Source: Gemmatimonadota bacterium | Lineage (GTDB): Bacteria; Gemmatimonadota; Gemmatimonadetes; Gemmatimonadales; Gemmatimonadaceae | DNA length: 64,000 nt | Assembly (NCBI GenBank): GCA_040389905.1 | Contig: JAZJZK010000023.1 | Coordinates: 64,307 to 128,306 of the forward strand | Direction of reading: 5' to 3' | Shown: in pieces, positions 39,679 to 48,935 of the stretch | Layout: every line of letters begins with the position of its first letter | Position numbering within the stretch: the stretch's first letter is position 1 | Notes under the pieces: model-generated | What the model was told of the DNA's origin: nothing | What the model saw: the letters and a program-made list of their open reading frames with translations, nothing else | Database searches by the model: none | Program-made: the position numbers and the translations under genes

Positions 39679-40395
39679 ATGCCGCGCCGCATCTGGGTTT
39701 TCTGTTTCTTTGCAGCAGTCTCAGCCGCTCTCTTCCTGCGGCTCGGCGTCTGGCAGAGCATGCGGCACCTGGAGCGGCAGCGTCACAATGCGCTCGTCGC
39801 GCACCAGAAGCAGGCTGTTCTCACGCGCTTTGTGTCCTTGCCGCGCGACACAGGCGAGGCACACTACAGGGCCGCTGTCGTAAACGGACGGTTCGATTAC
39901 ACGAACGAAATCGTGGCCAGTCCGCGAACCCGCCGCGGCTCACCTGGCGTCGAATTGCTCACGCCGGTGCGCGTGGCCGGTAGCGATACGGCGATCCTGG
40001 TCAACCGTGGCTGGGTCTATTCGCCGGACGCTGCGACCGTCGATCGCAAGCGTTGGATGGAGGGCGATTCCGCTCACCTGACCGGCTATGTCGAGTTGTT
40101 CGCAGACGATACGGTCGTCACGACCGCCAGCGATCCGCGTATTGTGCGACGAGTCAGTCAGCGGGAAATCGCATCGAAAGTGCCGTATCCGGTGGCACCG
40201 TACTACCTCGTCGCGACCGGGGACACTGCGGACCTCGCGCACCCGGCACGGCGCGATCTCCCCGCGATGGATGAAGGGCCACATCGAGGCTACGCGATCC
40301 AGTGGTTTTCCTTTGCCGCCATCGCCGTGATCGGCGCGGGGATCGTGGTGTACCGCGAGAAGCAGGACCGCGGAGTAGTTGAAGGGTCGTCGTAG
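39679..40395 (+). CDS. SURF1 family protein
   Basis: LGVWQ, ILVNRGWV, H.GYAIQWF. Confidence 0.9.
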   Translation: MPRRIWVFCFFAAVSAALFLRLGVWQSMRHLERQRHNALVAHQKQAVLTRFVSLPRDTGEAHYRAAVVNGRFDYTNEIVASPRTRRGSPGVELLTPVRVAGSDTAILVNRGWVYSPDAATVDRKRWMEGDSAHLTGYVELFADDTVVTTASDPRIVRRVSQREIASKVPYPVAPYYLVATGDTADLAHPARRDLPAMDEGPHRGYAIQWFSFAAIAVIGAGIVVYREKQDRGVVEGSS

Positions 40396-40423
40396 CGGTC
40401 ACGCTCGTTTCGTCGCCGTGGAT

Positions 40424-40468
40424 GCTTGTTGTGTCGCCCTTCGTTTCACTCAGGGCGACACAACAAGC
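40424..40468. repeat. REP-like palindrome, likely bidirectional terminator
   Basis: GCTTGTTGTGTCGCCCT / AGGGCGACACAACAAGC perfect 17-bp stem between convergent genes. Confidence 0.75.
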
Positions 40469-40478
40469 AGCACTTCCG

Positions 40479-41144
40479 CTATAGCCCGCCGCGCAGCGCC
40501 TGCGTCTTGAGCGTCTGATTCGCGTAAATCGCGATCTCGACTCGGCGATTCTTCTGCTTGCCCGCTTCAGTGTCGTTCGGAGCAACCGGTTCACTTTCCC
40601 CACGACCCACCGAGCGGAGCCGGCCCGACGCCACGCCCTGCGACGAGAGATAGGCCTGCGCCGAGGTCGCGCGCCGCGACGACAATGCCGCATTGTATTC
40701 GTCTGTGCCCTGGCTGTCCGTGTGCCCGACGATCAGGATGTCGGTGCCCGGATACTTGTCGAGACTCTTCGCAAAGGTCGCGAGATTGCTCTTCGCCTCT
40801 GCACGAAGCACGTCGGAGTCGTAGTCGAAGAGCAGGCCAGACTCGAAGGTCACCTGAAGTCCCTCACCCACACGTTCAACCGTGGCGCCTGGGATGTTCT
40901 GCTTGATCTCCTTGGCCTGCTGGTCCATCTGGTGGCCGATGATGGCGCCGGCGGCACCGCCCACGGCGGCACCGATGATCGCGCCCTTTGCCGTTGACCC
41001 ATTGGCATTCCCGACCGCAGCGCCGATCGCGCCACCTGCCGTTGCCCCGATGATGGCGCCGGATTCCTTCTTGTTGAGCGAGGCGCACGCGCTGGCAGAC
41101 ACAAGCACAGCCACCGCGGGAAGTAGACGAATGAATGATCGCAT
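40479..41144 (-). CDS. OmpA family lipoprotein with glycine zipper (YiaD-like)
   Basis: Lipobox SAC, GHTD..N..LS.RRA, NRRVEI. Confidence 0.93.
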   Translation of the reverse strand: MRSFIRLLPAVAVLVSASACASLNKKESGAIIGATAGGAIGAAVGNANGSTAKGAIIGAAVGGAAGAIIGHQMDQQAKEIKQNIPGATVERVGEGLQVTFESGLLFDYDSDVLRAEAKSNLATFAKSLDKYPGTDILIVGHTDSQGTDEYNAALSSRRATSAQAYLSSQGVASGRLRSVGRGESEPVAPNDTEAGKQKNRRVEIAIYANQTLKTQALRGGL

Positions 41145-41247
41145 GAATCGAGCTCCTTGCTGGTAAACGCGGCGCTTCGAGTCGCCACCGCGTACCGAGC
41201 CTACCCCGCAAGAAGCGTAGCGGTATCAGCGAACCCAGCGGTTCACG

Positions 41248-42141
41248 TCATTTTTGCGCTGCCGGCGCTCGTTGCGGGAGTTGCAGAAGAATCACCGCAA
41301 GGGCGATGAGCAGTCCGCCGGCGTAAGTGCGTGGTCCCAGTAGCTGCCCCAGCACGACACCGCCAAGCAGTGCGGTCCAGAGTGGTTCGATTGTGCTGAT
41401 GATTGCGGTGCGCACGGGCCCGATGATCGACAGGCCCTTGAGGAAGATGATGAAGGCGATCACGGTACAAACGACGGCCAGCGCGGCGATTGCCATCCAC
41501 GCCGAGGGCGTGAAGTGAGTGCTCGGTCCGCCTTGCATCAGGGCCGCAATCAACAGGACAACCGCAGCGCCACCTGCCGCAAAAACGGCCGTGACCGCAG
41601 GCGACAAACCTCTCCCGAAATGGTCAATCATCGGGATGTACATCGCGTACAGGAGCGCCGACGCCAGTGCAAGCGACACGCCGACCGTATTCAAGCCTCC
41701 AGACCCCGGCATTCCGACCATCAGGGCAATTCCAGCGAGCGAGAGCGCCAGCGCACCAAGCCTCGTCGCGGTCAGCCGCTCCGTTCCGCGGATGGCCGAT
41801 ATCAGGGCGACCCACGCTGGATAGGTATAGAACAGGAAGGTGAGTGACGCGGCCGGTATGTACTTCAGCGCGGAAAGACTCACGAAGGCGATCGCAGCCT
41901 GTCCGCCCCCGGCGAATACGAGGAGGGGAAGCGCGGCGCCGCCTGCGGCGCGGACGGTCGATAGCCCGCCGCTGACGATCACCAGGAGCACCGCGGCGAT
42001 CGCGTAGCGCCAGACCAGGACATCGATGAGCGCTGCACCGGTGCGCATGGCCAGTGTGATCAGGATCGCGATGGATCCGAAACAGCATGCGCTGACGAGC
42101 ACCAGGAGCGTGGCGCGTGACGTCGAGGTTGGGGGCCTCAT
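41248..42141 (-). CDS. DMT/EamA family transporter
   Basis: About 10 TMs; YTYPAWV, STIEP. Confidence 0.88.
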   Translation of the reverse strand: MRPPTSTSRATLLVLVSACCFGSIAILITLAMRTGAALIDVLVWRYAIAAVLLVIVSGGLSTVRAAGGAALPLLVFAGGGQAAIAFVSLSALKYIPAASLTFLFYTYPAWVALISAIRGTERLTATRLGALALSLAGIALMVGMPGSGGLNTVGVSLALASALLYAMYIPMIDHFGRGLSPAVTAVFAAGGAAVVLLIAALMQGGPSTHFTPSAWMAIAALAVVCTVIAFIIFLKGLSIIGPVRTAIISTIEPLWTALLGGVVLGQLLGPRTYAGGLLIALAVILLQLPQRAPAAQK

Positions 42142-43556
42142 AGCAATGTGCCGCGAAGCACCAACAGAGCGACCGAGAAGTAGATGATCAACCCTGACAC
42201 GTCGACAAGCGTCGCAACCAGCGGCGCCGATGCACTCGCCGGATCAAATCCGATGCGGCGCAATGCAAAAGGCAACATCGAGCCAGCCAGCGAGCCGAAG
42301 GTCACGATTCCGACCAGCGAGAACCCGATCGTCGCTGCAATCAGTTGCCAATGCGGGTCATAGTCGAAGATACCGAGCTTCTGCCAGAGCGTGATGCGTA
42401 TGACGCCGATGATTCCGAGAATCGCCCCGAGGGCCAGTCCGGTAGGGAGTTCCCGGAGGGCGACTCGCCACCAATCGCGGATACTGATCTCTCGAAGCGC
42501 CATTGCACGAGTGATGAGCGACGTGGCTTGCGAGCCGGAGTTTCCTCCGGAGCTCATGACGAGCGGCACAAACAGGATGAGCGCCGCAACCTTCTTGAGC
42601 TCCCCGTCGAAATACTGCATGGCTGACGTGGTGAACATCTCGCTGACGAGCAGGATGCTCAACCAACCAGCTCGCTTTTTCAGCATGTTCAGAAAACCGA
42701 TCTGCATGTACGGCTCGTCCAGGGCCTCCATACCGCCGAACTTCTGCACGTCTTCCGTCTGCTCTTCCTGGATCGCGTCGATGACGTCATCGACCGTGAT
42801 CACGCCCATCACGTGTCCGGATTCGCTCACGACCGGCATCACGACGAGATCGTAGTTCGAGATCAGCCGCGCGACTTCCTCGCGATCTGCGTTCGGCGAC
42901 ACGCTCTGGACCTCTGTCCAGGCCACGTCTGTGAGCTTTGCCCCTTCCGGAGCGGCAAGCAACTCACGCAGCGACAGCACGCCGGCCAGGCGTCCGTGGC
43001 TGTCGGTCGTGTAAATGGCGTAAATCGCCTCCCGCTTGCCGCTCCGCGCGATGATGCGAACCTTGCGGAGCGCCTCCTCTACCGTGGTATCAGCAGACTC
43101 GGAGACGAACTCCGTCGTCATTAGTCCGCCGGCGGTGTCCGGGTCGAAGGAACGCAGGCGTTCTGTTTCGAGACGCGCCTCTTCGGGCATCTCCTCGACG
43201 ATCTCGTCGGCGCGCTCCTCGTCGAGCTCTTCGAGCACGTCCGCGCGCTCGTCCGGCGTCATGGCGCTGACGAGTGCCGCGGCTTGCTCCGGCGACATCG
43301 CCTCGAGCACCTCCGCGCGCAGTTCTTCGTCGAGATACTCGAGCACCGACGCCGCGCGATCCGTGGGCAGCGCTGCCAGGAACACCGGAATGCGCTCGAA
43401 CGGCATCGCCTCGGCGACGTCCGCGAGGTCTGCCGGGTGCACCTCTTCCGTCTCCGCCGCGATTAGCGACGGCGACTCATCGAGGAGTGCGAGGATATCC
43501 GGGGCGAGCAGCGCGCCGATCGGACGCTCCTCGGGTTTGCGCTGGGATGGCGTCAT
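42138..43556 (-). CDS. mgtE: Magnesium transporter MgtE
   Basis: CBS pair, SSGGNSGSQ, DPASASAPLVATLVD. Confidence 0.95.
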   Translation of the reverse strand: MTPSQRKPEERPIGALLAPDILALLDESPSLIAAETEEVHPADLADVAEAMPFERIPVFLAALPTDRAASVLEYLDEELRAEVLEAMSPEQAAALVSAMTPDERADVLEELDEERADEIVEEMPEEARLETERLRSFDPDTAGGLMTTEFVSESADTTVEEALRKVRIIARSGKREAIYAIYTTDSHGRLAGVLSLRELLAAPEGAKLTDVAWTEVQSVSPNADREEVARLISNYDLVVMPVVSESGHVMGVITVDDVIDAIQEEQTEDVQKFGGMEALDEPYMQIGFLNMLKKRAGWLSILLVSEMFTTSAMQYFDGELKKVAALILFVPLVMSSGGNSGSQATSLITRAMALREISIRDWWRVALRELPTGLALGAILGIIGVIRITLWQKLGIFDYDPHWQLIAATIGFSLVGIVTFGSLAGSMLPFALRRIGFDPASASAPLVATLVDVSGLIIYFSVALLVLRGTLL

Positions 43557-43633
43557 GGCGTCCTCGGCGTCGGCAATTAACGACTAGCCCGTCAAAGTAG
43601 GACGCGGGTCACGATCGGGACAACCCCGGAACT

Positions 43634-43810
43634 GCAGGTGCCGGCCCTTCGTTTCACTCAGGGCGACAAAACAAGCGGGACAGGGCGGAAAACAGCAACG
43701 AACAATGAAGCAAGATTGTGCGGATTTGGCGGATGAATGCGGATACAGCCTCGAGAAGATCGAACGTGCAGTATCCGTCAAATCCCAGAATCCGGCAAAT
43801 CTGCTTCATT
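43634..43810. repeat. REP-like unit plus ATCCG/CGGAT inverted-repeat element
   Basis: CCCTTCGTTTCACTCAGGGCGACAAAACAAGCGG (also near 26343 and 40437); AATGAAGCA..(CGGAT)x3...(ATCC)x3..TGCTTCATT at 43704-43810. Confidence 0.7.
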
Positions 43811-43861
43811 GTCAGTTGCAAAAGTCCAGGGCCCACGAGCAACGCCGATGAATCCTTGCAC

Positions 43862-44092
43862 CTACAGGACTGGCAGACCTCGCCGCTCCTCCGTCGCCTC
43901 GGAGACCGAATATCCGGCTTCCTCGATCGCGTCGCGCATGGCGTCGATCGTCGCGCGCCCGTCGTGCTCGATGACCGCAGCACCAATGGATACCTGGGCG
44001 GAAGTAATCCCGGGCACTGGTGTCAGTGACGTGAACACCGCGTTCACGCAGTGTTGGCAACTCATGCCGTCGATGCGAAGATGGGTTATCAT
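43862..44092 (-). CDS. copZ: Heavy-metal-associated domain copper chaperone (CopZ-like)
   Basis: GMSCQHC, AIEEAGY. Confidence 0.85.
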   Translation of the reverse strand: MITHLRIDGMSCQHCVNAVFTSLTPVPGITSAQVSIGAAVIEHDGRATIDAMRDAIEEAGYSVSEATEERRGLPVL

Positions 44093-44128
44093 AGTCGGAA
44101 TATCGTCACACCACTCTCGCCCGCCAAC

Positions 44129-45013
44129 ATGTCAAATGTCGCTTTCCTCGGCCTCGGCGCGATCGGTCGCCCGATGGCCGCGTGCCTCGCTCGTGCGCCG
44201 GGCGTCTCGCTTACTGTCTGGAACCGAACCGCCCACAAGGCAGCGTCCTTCGCGAACGAGTTTGGCGCTCGGCACGCGGCCACACCTGCCGACGCCGTAG
44301 CTGGCGCTGAGATCGTCATCACCTGCCTTCCCGTTTCCGCCGACGTCGAGTCCCTGCTCGCTGACGCGGCGGGTGCCATCGCGCCGGGTTCTGTGCTCGT
44401 GGACTGCACGTCCGGCGACGCGGCGACATCGCGCCGCATTGCCGCGAAGCTGGCGGAGCAGCGCGTCGATTTCCTCGATGCCCCAGTCAGTGGCGGCGTG
44501 AAGGGTGCAGAATCTGGGACGCTCACCGTGATGGTCGGCGGAGACGCCACCGTGCTCCAGCGCGTGCGACCGACGCTCGAGACATTTGGCAAGAAGATCG
44601 TCCACTGCGGCGGTGTTGGTGCCGGTGACGCGATCAAGGCGGGCAACCAGGCGTTGCTTGCGATTCACGTGTGGAGTGCGGGCGAAGTCCTGGTGATGCT
44701 CGCCAAGGCCGGAGTGAAGCCGGATGTCGCGCTGGACGTCATCAATGCGTCGAGTGGCCGATCCAATGCGTCGATGAACCTGTTTCCAGAGCGCGTGCTC
44801 GGACGCGCATTCCCTCGGACCTTTCGTCTCGCGTTGCTCGACAAGGACATCGATATCGCAGCCGTCATGGCGCGCGACCTCAAGGTTCCGGTGCCCCTCA
44901 TTCAACTCACCGCAGACCTCATGCGGATCGCGCACAACGCCCTGGGCGAGGAAGCCGACCACGTCGAAGCCGTCAAGGTCCTCGAGGAGTGGGCGGGGCA
45001 GGTGATCGAATGA
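44129..45013 (+). CDS. 3-hydroxyisobutyrate dehydrogenase-family NAD(P) oxidoreductase
   Basis: FLGLGAIG.PMA, DAPVSGG, K..NQ, KD. Confidence 0.9.
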   Translation: MSNVAFLGLGAIGRPMAACLARAPGVSLTVWNRTAHKAASFANEFGARHAATPADAVAGAEIVITCLPVSADVESLLADAAGAIAPGSVLVDCTSGDAATSRRIAAKLAEQRVDFLDAPVSGGVKGAESGTLTVMVGGDATVLQRVRPTLETFGKKIVHCGGVGAGDAIKAGNQALLAIHVWSAGEVLVMLAKAGVKPDVALDVINASSGRSNASMNLFPERVLGRAFPRTFRLALLDKDIDIAAVMARDLKVPVPLIQLTADLMRIAHNALGEEADHVEAVKVLEEWAGQVIE

Positions 45014-46230
45014 TTCGGTCTGTTGAGTCCATTCGAGCGGATTTCCCGGCACTCGAGCGCATCGAAAACGGCTACCCCGTTGCGTACTTCGACGGACCCG
45101 GCGGCACGCAAGTGCCGCGCGCCGTCGCCGAGGCGATGACGGACTACCTCTTTCACCACAACGCCAACACGCACTGGGCGTATCCCACTAGCGCGGAAAC
45201 GGACGCGATGCTCGATGACGCGCGCGCCGTGTTCGCCGAGTTCTTCAATGCGACGCCGGCGGATGTCGCGTTCGGCAACAACATGACCACGCTCACCTTT
45301 CACGTCGCGCGCGGGCTCGCGCGAGGCTGGAAGAGCGGCGATGAGATCGTCGTCACCGAGCTCGATCATCATGCGAACGTCGCTCCGTGGCGCGCGATCG
45401 CCCAGGATCACGGCTTCGTGGTGCGAACCGTTCGTCTCGACCCACAGACGTTCCGCCTCGATCCCGATGCGCTCGCGCGCGCGATCGGACCGCGGACACG
45501 CCTCGTCGCCGTCGGTGCGGCGTCGAACGCACTCGGCACCATGACGAATGTGACCGATGTCTGCGCGATGGCTCGCTCAGCGGGAGCGCTGTCGTATGTC
45601 GACGCCGTCCACTTCGCGCCGCACAACCTGGTGGACGTGCAGTCGATCGGCTGCGACTTCCTCGCGTGTTCGTCGTACAAGTTCTACGGACCGCATGCGG
45701 GAATCCTGTTCGGGAAGCACGACGTCGTGCAGGCGCTCGATATCCCCAAGTTGATTCCGGCACCGGAATGGGCGCCCGAGCGACTGGAAACGGGGACGCA
45801 GAATCACGAGGGCATCGTCGCCGCGGCGGCCGCCGTGCGGTACATCGCCAGCATTGCGGGGGCCGAGGGTTCGGTACGCGCCCGCCTCGCGTTGGCGTTT
45901 GCGGAACTCCACGCTCGCGGCGATGCCTTGCTCGCCCAGTTGTGGAATGGGCTCTCGGCCATTGACGGTGTGACGCTATATGGGCCGCCGCCTGGAACCG
46001 CGCGTTCTCCGACCGTGTCGTTCACCCTGGCCGGTCATACTACGGAAGCGGTCGCGCGCCATCTCGTGAGCCGAGGCGTCTATGCGTCCAATGGCGATTT
46101 TTACGCGAAGACCGTCGCGGACGTGCTCGACCGTGGTGAAGATGGCTTCGTGCGCGCCGGCGCCGCGTGCTACACGACCGAGAAGGAAGTGGGTCGTCTC
46201 ATCGACGGCGTTCGTGAACTCGTGAGATGA
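45010..46230 (+). CDS. Cysteine desulfurase-like PLP enzyme (class V aminotransferase)
   Basis: YFDGPGGTQVP, DHHANV, SSYKFYGPH, ETGT; GDFYA in place of the catalytic-Cys loop. Confidence 0.88.
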   Translation: MIRSVESIRADFPALERIENGYPVAYFDGPGGTQVPRAVAEAMTDYLFHHNANTHWAYPTSAETDAMLDDARAVFAEFFNATPADVAFGNNMTTLTFHVARGLARGWKSGDEIVVTELDHHANVAPWRAIAQDHGFVVRTVRLDPQTFRLDPDALARAIGPRTRLVAVGAASNALGTMTNVTDVCAMARSAGALSYVDAVHFAPHNLVDVQSIGCDFLACSSYKFYGPHAGILFGKHDVVQALDIPKLIPAPEWAPERLETGTQNHEGIVAAAAAVRYIASIAGAEGSVRARLALAFAELHARGDALLAQLWNGLSAIDGVTLYGPPPGTARSPTVSFTLAGHTTEAVARHLVSRGVYASNGDFYAKTVADVLDRGEDGFVRAGAACYTTEKEVGRLIDGVRELVR

Positions 46231-47066
46231 GGTTCCTACGAGCCGTCGTGGTTGTGCTCGCGCTGCTCGCTCCACGCGCGGCGCGAGCGCATCCGCCGGT
46301 ATCGATCGTTCGCGACTCGCACGGGAATGTGTACTACAGTGATCTCACGCACGTCTGGCGGCTCGCGCCGTCAGGCGAGAAGTCGATCGTCGTACACAAC
46401 GTGCACAGCCACGAGCTCTATCTCGATGCGAGCGACAATCTCTTCGGCGAGCACCTCTGGTACGAGGGCGACGCGACGAAGAAGTGGGGTTATCGCGTGT
46501 GGAAGCGCGCGCCCGATGGCCGGATCACGGACGTCATCCCTGCGACCGAGGGTTTTCGCGCGCACTACAGCTTCGTGCGCGATGCCGAAGGCACCATGTA
46601 TTTCGCCGATGGGCTCGAACGCGCGGCCGTCATTCGAAAACGAACATCCGCTGGTGCCGAGACGGTGCTCAGTAAAGGTCCGTTCACCGATGTCCGCTGG
46701 CTCGCGGCGACTCCCGACGGAAATGTCTATCTGATCGACGATGGTCGTCTCGTTCGAATCGACAGGGCTGGGCAGATTCGCGAACTCGTGCACGATCTGC
46801 GTGATCGCTCGGTGACGCGCGCGCTCGTCGACAAGCGCCACAGTGTGATGGGACTCTATCCGGATGGACGAGGGAATGTCTACGTGGCGCGATACGGCAC
46901 GGGTGAAGTGCTGAAAGTCACCAGTGCTGGAAGAATCACCACCGTCACCACCTCGACGATGCCATGGTCGCCGAGCGGCGTGATGGTTACGCCGGACGGT
47001 GGTCTCTACGTCCTCGAGGCGTCGGTGGACAATCGGGTGCGCGTGCGGCTGGTCAAGCCGACGTAG
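46227..47066 (+). CDS. Secreted NHL/beta-propeller repeat protein
   Basis: Signal peptide ARA|H; repeated D..GNVY/DGNVY/DGGLYV motifs. Confidence 0.75.
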   Translation: MRFLRAVVVVLALLAPRAARAHPPVSIVRDSHGNVYYSDLTHVWRLAPSGEKSIVVHNVHSHELYLDASDNLFGEHLWYEGDATKKWGYRVWKRAPDGRITDVIPATEGFRAHYSFVRDAEGTMYFADGLERAAVIRKRTSAGAETVLSKGPFTDVRWLAATPDGNVYLIDDGRLVRIDRAGQIRELVHDLRDRSVTRALVDKRHSVMGLYPDGRGNVYVARYGTGEVLKVTSAGRITTVTTSTMPWSPSGVMVTPDGGLYVLEASVDNRVRVRLVKPT

Positions 47067-47364
47067 GCTCGGCAGGCTTGAATATCCACCGGCACCTGTT
47101 CGGCGATGTGAAGCGCAGTTCCACTACTCCGTCGGCGTGGGCAAGTAAGCGAATCAATTGATCCAGAGAGAAGCGCTCCAGCCTGTCGTTCCGAAGGTCC
47201 GAGATTCGTGGTTGATCGATGTGCAGCAGCGCCGCCGCATTACACTGGGTCCATCCGTCGATCGTGCGCACGATGGCTCGCGCGACGTCCCGTTTGAGCT
47301 CCGGTATCGGGTCGATGTAGGGGTGGGCGGCCTGCGGCGGGCGACGTGTAGGTAGCGACATCAT
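47053..47364 (-). CDS. XRE family HTH protein (HTH_37/antitoxin-like)
   Basis: TQCNAAALLHIDQPRISDL....LERFSLDQLIRLL. Confidence 0.8.
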   Translation of the reverse strand: MMSLPTRRPPQAAHPYIDPIPELKRDVARAIVRTIDGWTQCNAAALLHIDQPRISDLRNDRLERFSLDQLIRLLAHADGVVELRFTSPNRCRWIFKPAEPTSA

Positions 47365-47447
47365 CAAAAAATGTCTCACGACGCTGGCTCATGCGTCACC
47401 CAATCAAGGCACGGGTGATCGTTTTCTTGCGTGAGGGGTCTCGTGAG

Positions 47448-47477
47448 GGGCTGTATGGCAATATTACCATACAGCCC
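47448..47477. promoter_or_regulatory. 30-bp near-perfect palindrome upstream of the XRE gene
   Basis: GGGCTGTATGGCAAT|ATTACCATACAGCCC, one mismatch. Confidence 0.6.
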
Positions 47478-47682
47478 GAAAGGATTACCCAGCGTGTTTC
47501 GCCGGGCGACGCGCTATTCAGGAGAGTAGGCCCGAGTGAGTGCGGGCCAACTGCCGTTCTATTCATGTTTCCGCGTGCGTTCAGACCTTTACGACCGTCA
47601 CGCTTCTTTCACTGCTCCTCAGAGGCGCTCATGTGGGCCTGCGACACGAGAGCTCTCGTTAACGTCAACCCACTCCGCGAGT

Positions 47683-48840
47683 TCACTTCTTCCTGGACAC
47701 CAGCTCTTTCTCGAGCGCCGGAAGAAACGGCTCGTACCTCGAGCCCGGACTCCATAGCACCCAGCCGTCGTAGCCGGCCTCGTACGCACCCTTCTTCTGT
47801 GCTTCGATTTCGGCCGGGCCGTAAGCCGGCTTTCCGAGCGTGAAGGCTTGCAGCCAAGGCCGAACATGCTCTGGTGTTGTGATGCCGAGCTTCGCGTCCC
47901 GCTTCCTAGCGGACGTCAATGAGATCTTGAGCACCTCATACGGCTGCGCATTCGGGACGGCGAGGCCCAGATCACCGCGCGGGTAGTGCGAGGGATACAC
48001 CATCGGGAGAACGACGTCCAACACCGGTGACACCTTTTCCCACCACTGCCCGATCTCGAGCGGTCCGTTCACCGTCGTGACTAAGCCAAAGATGTCGGCC
48101 GTCGTCCGAGCGCCGTGCTTGTCGATGCGCGCGTTCGCTTCCTTCAGAAATGCCGCGAGTGCGTCCGGCTTCTTCTCGCCCTTGCTGTCCGGGAACACCT
48201 GATTCGGCAGCGACTTGTACGGCTCGGGAAAGCGGATGTAGTCGAACTGGATCTCGCCGAAGCCCATCTTCGCGAGCTCCTCGGCCAATCCGATGTTGTA
48301 CTCCCAGATCTTCCGGTCGTACGGATTTACCCACGCGAGTCCCTTCTTATCGCGCCACACACTGCCGTCTTCGCGCCGGATGGTGTGCTGGGGATTCATG
48401 CGCGCCGCAACAGAGTCCTTAAAGACGACCAATCGCGCGATTGGCAGGATGTTGTGCGCCTTGAGCGTGTCCAGCATCCCCTTGAGATCCCTGATCACGC
48501 CGGCATTTCCAGCGTTCTTCTGCCACTCCTTATTTTCGGGCACGTAGTTCAACCCGAATTCATCCTTGAGGTCGATGACGAGCGCATTGATCTCGGTCTG
48601 ATCGACGATCTCGATGAGACGGCGCATGGACTTCGCACTCTGCGCGTGCGATCGATTGACGTACAGCGCGCGAACGACGGGAAAACTCTTGTCGACGTCG
48701 ATTTTGGTAGAGGTGGACGCGGGCGGGAGCTGTGCGGGTGCCGGCGTCCGGACGGTAGCGGCCGCCAACGCGGGCGGCGGGGACTGCTCGGATGTACTAC
48801 ATGCCGAGAGAACAACGAGAAGCAACACAGAGTGGCGCAC
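47683..48840 (-). CDS. Putative glycoside hydrolase lipoprotein (DUF4015-like)
   Basis: NALVIDLKD, ARLVVFKD, EIQFDYIRFP, PMVYPSHY, RPWLQAF; lipobox LSAC. Confidence 0.85.
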   Translation of the reverse strand: MRHSVLLLVVLSACSTSEQSPPPALAAATVRTPAPAQLPPASTSTKIDVDKSFPVVRALYVNRSHAQSAKSMRRLIEIVDQTEINALVIDLKDEFGLNYVPENKEWQKNAGNAGVIRDLKGMLDTLKAHNILPIARLVVFKDSVAARMNPQHTIRREDGSVWRDKKGLAWVNPYDRKIWEYNIGLAEELAKMGFGEIQFDYIRFPEPYKSLPNQVFPDSKGEKKPDALAAFLKEANARIDKHGARTTADIFGLVTTVNGPLEIGQWWEKVSPVLDVVLPMVYPSHYPRGDLGLAVPNAQPYEVLKISLTSARKRDAKLGITTPEHVRPWLQAFTLGKPAYGPAEIEAQKKGAYEAGYDGWVLWSPGSRYEPFLPALEKELVSRKK

Positions 48841-48935
48841 GAACGGACAGGCCTGGGAGAGGGTGTGGGAAACAGAATTTACAATGGCAGCTTTCGCGCC
48901 GTCCCCAAGTCGGCAATCGCTATATTGGAATTCCG

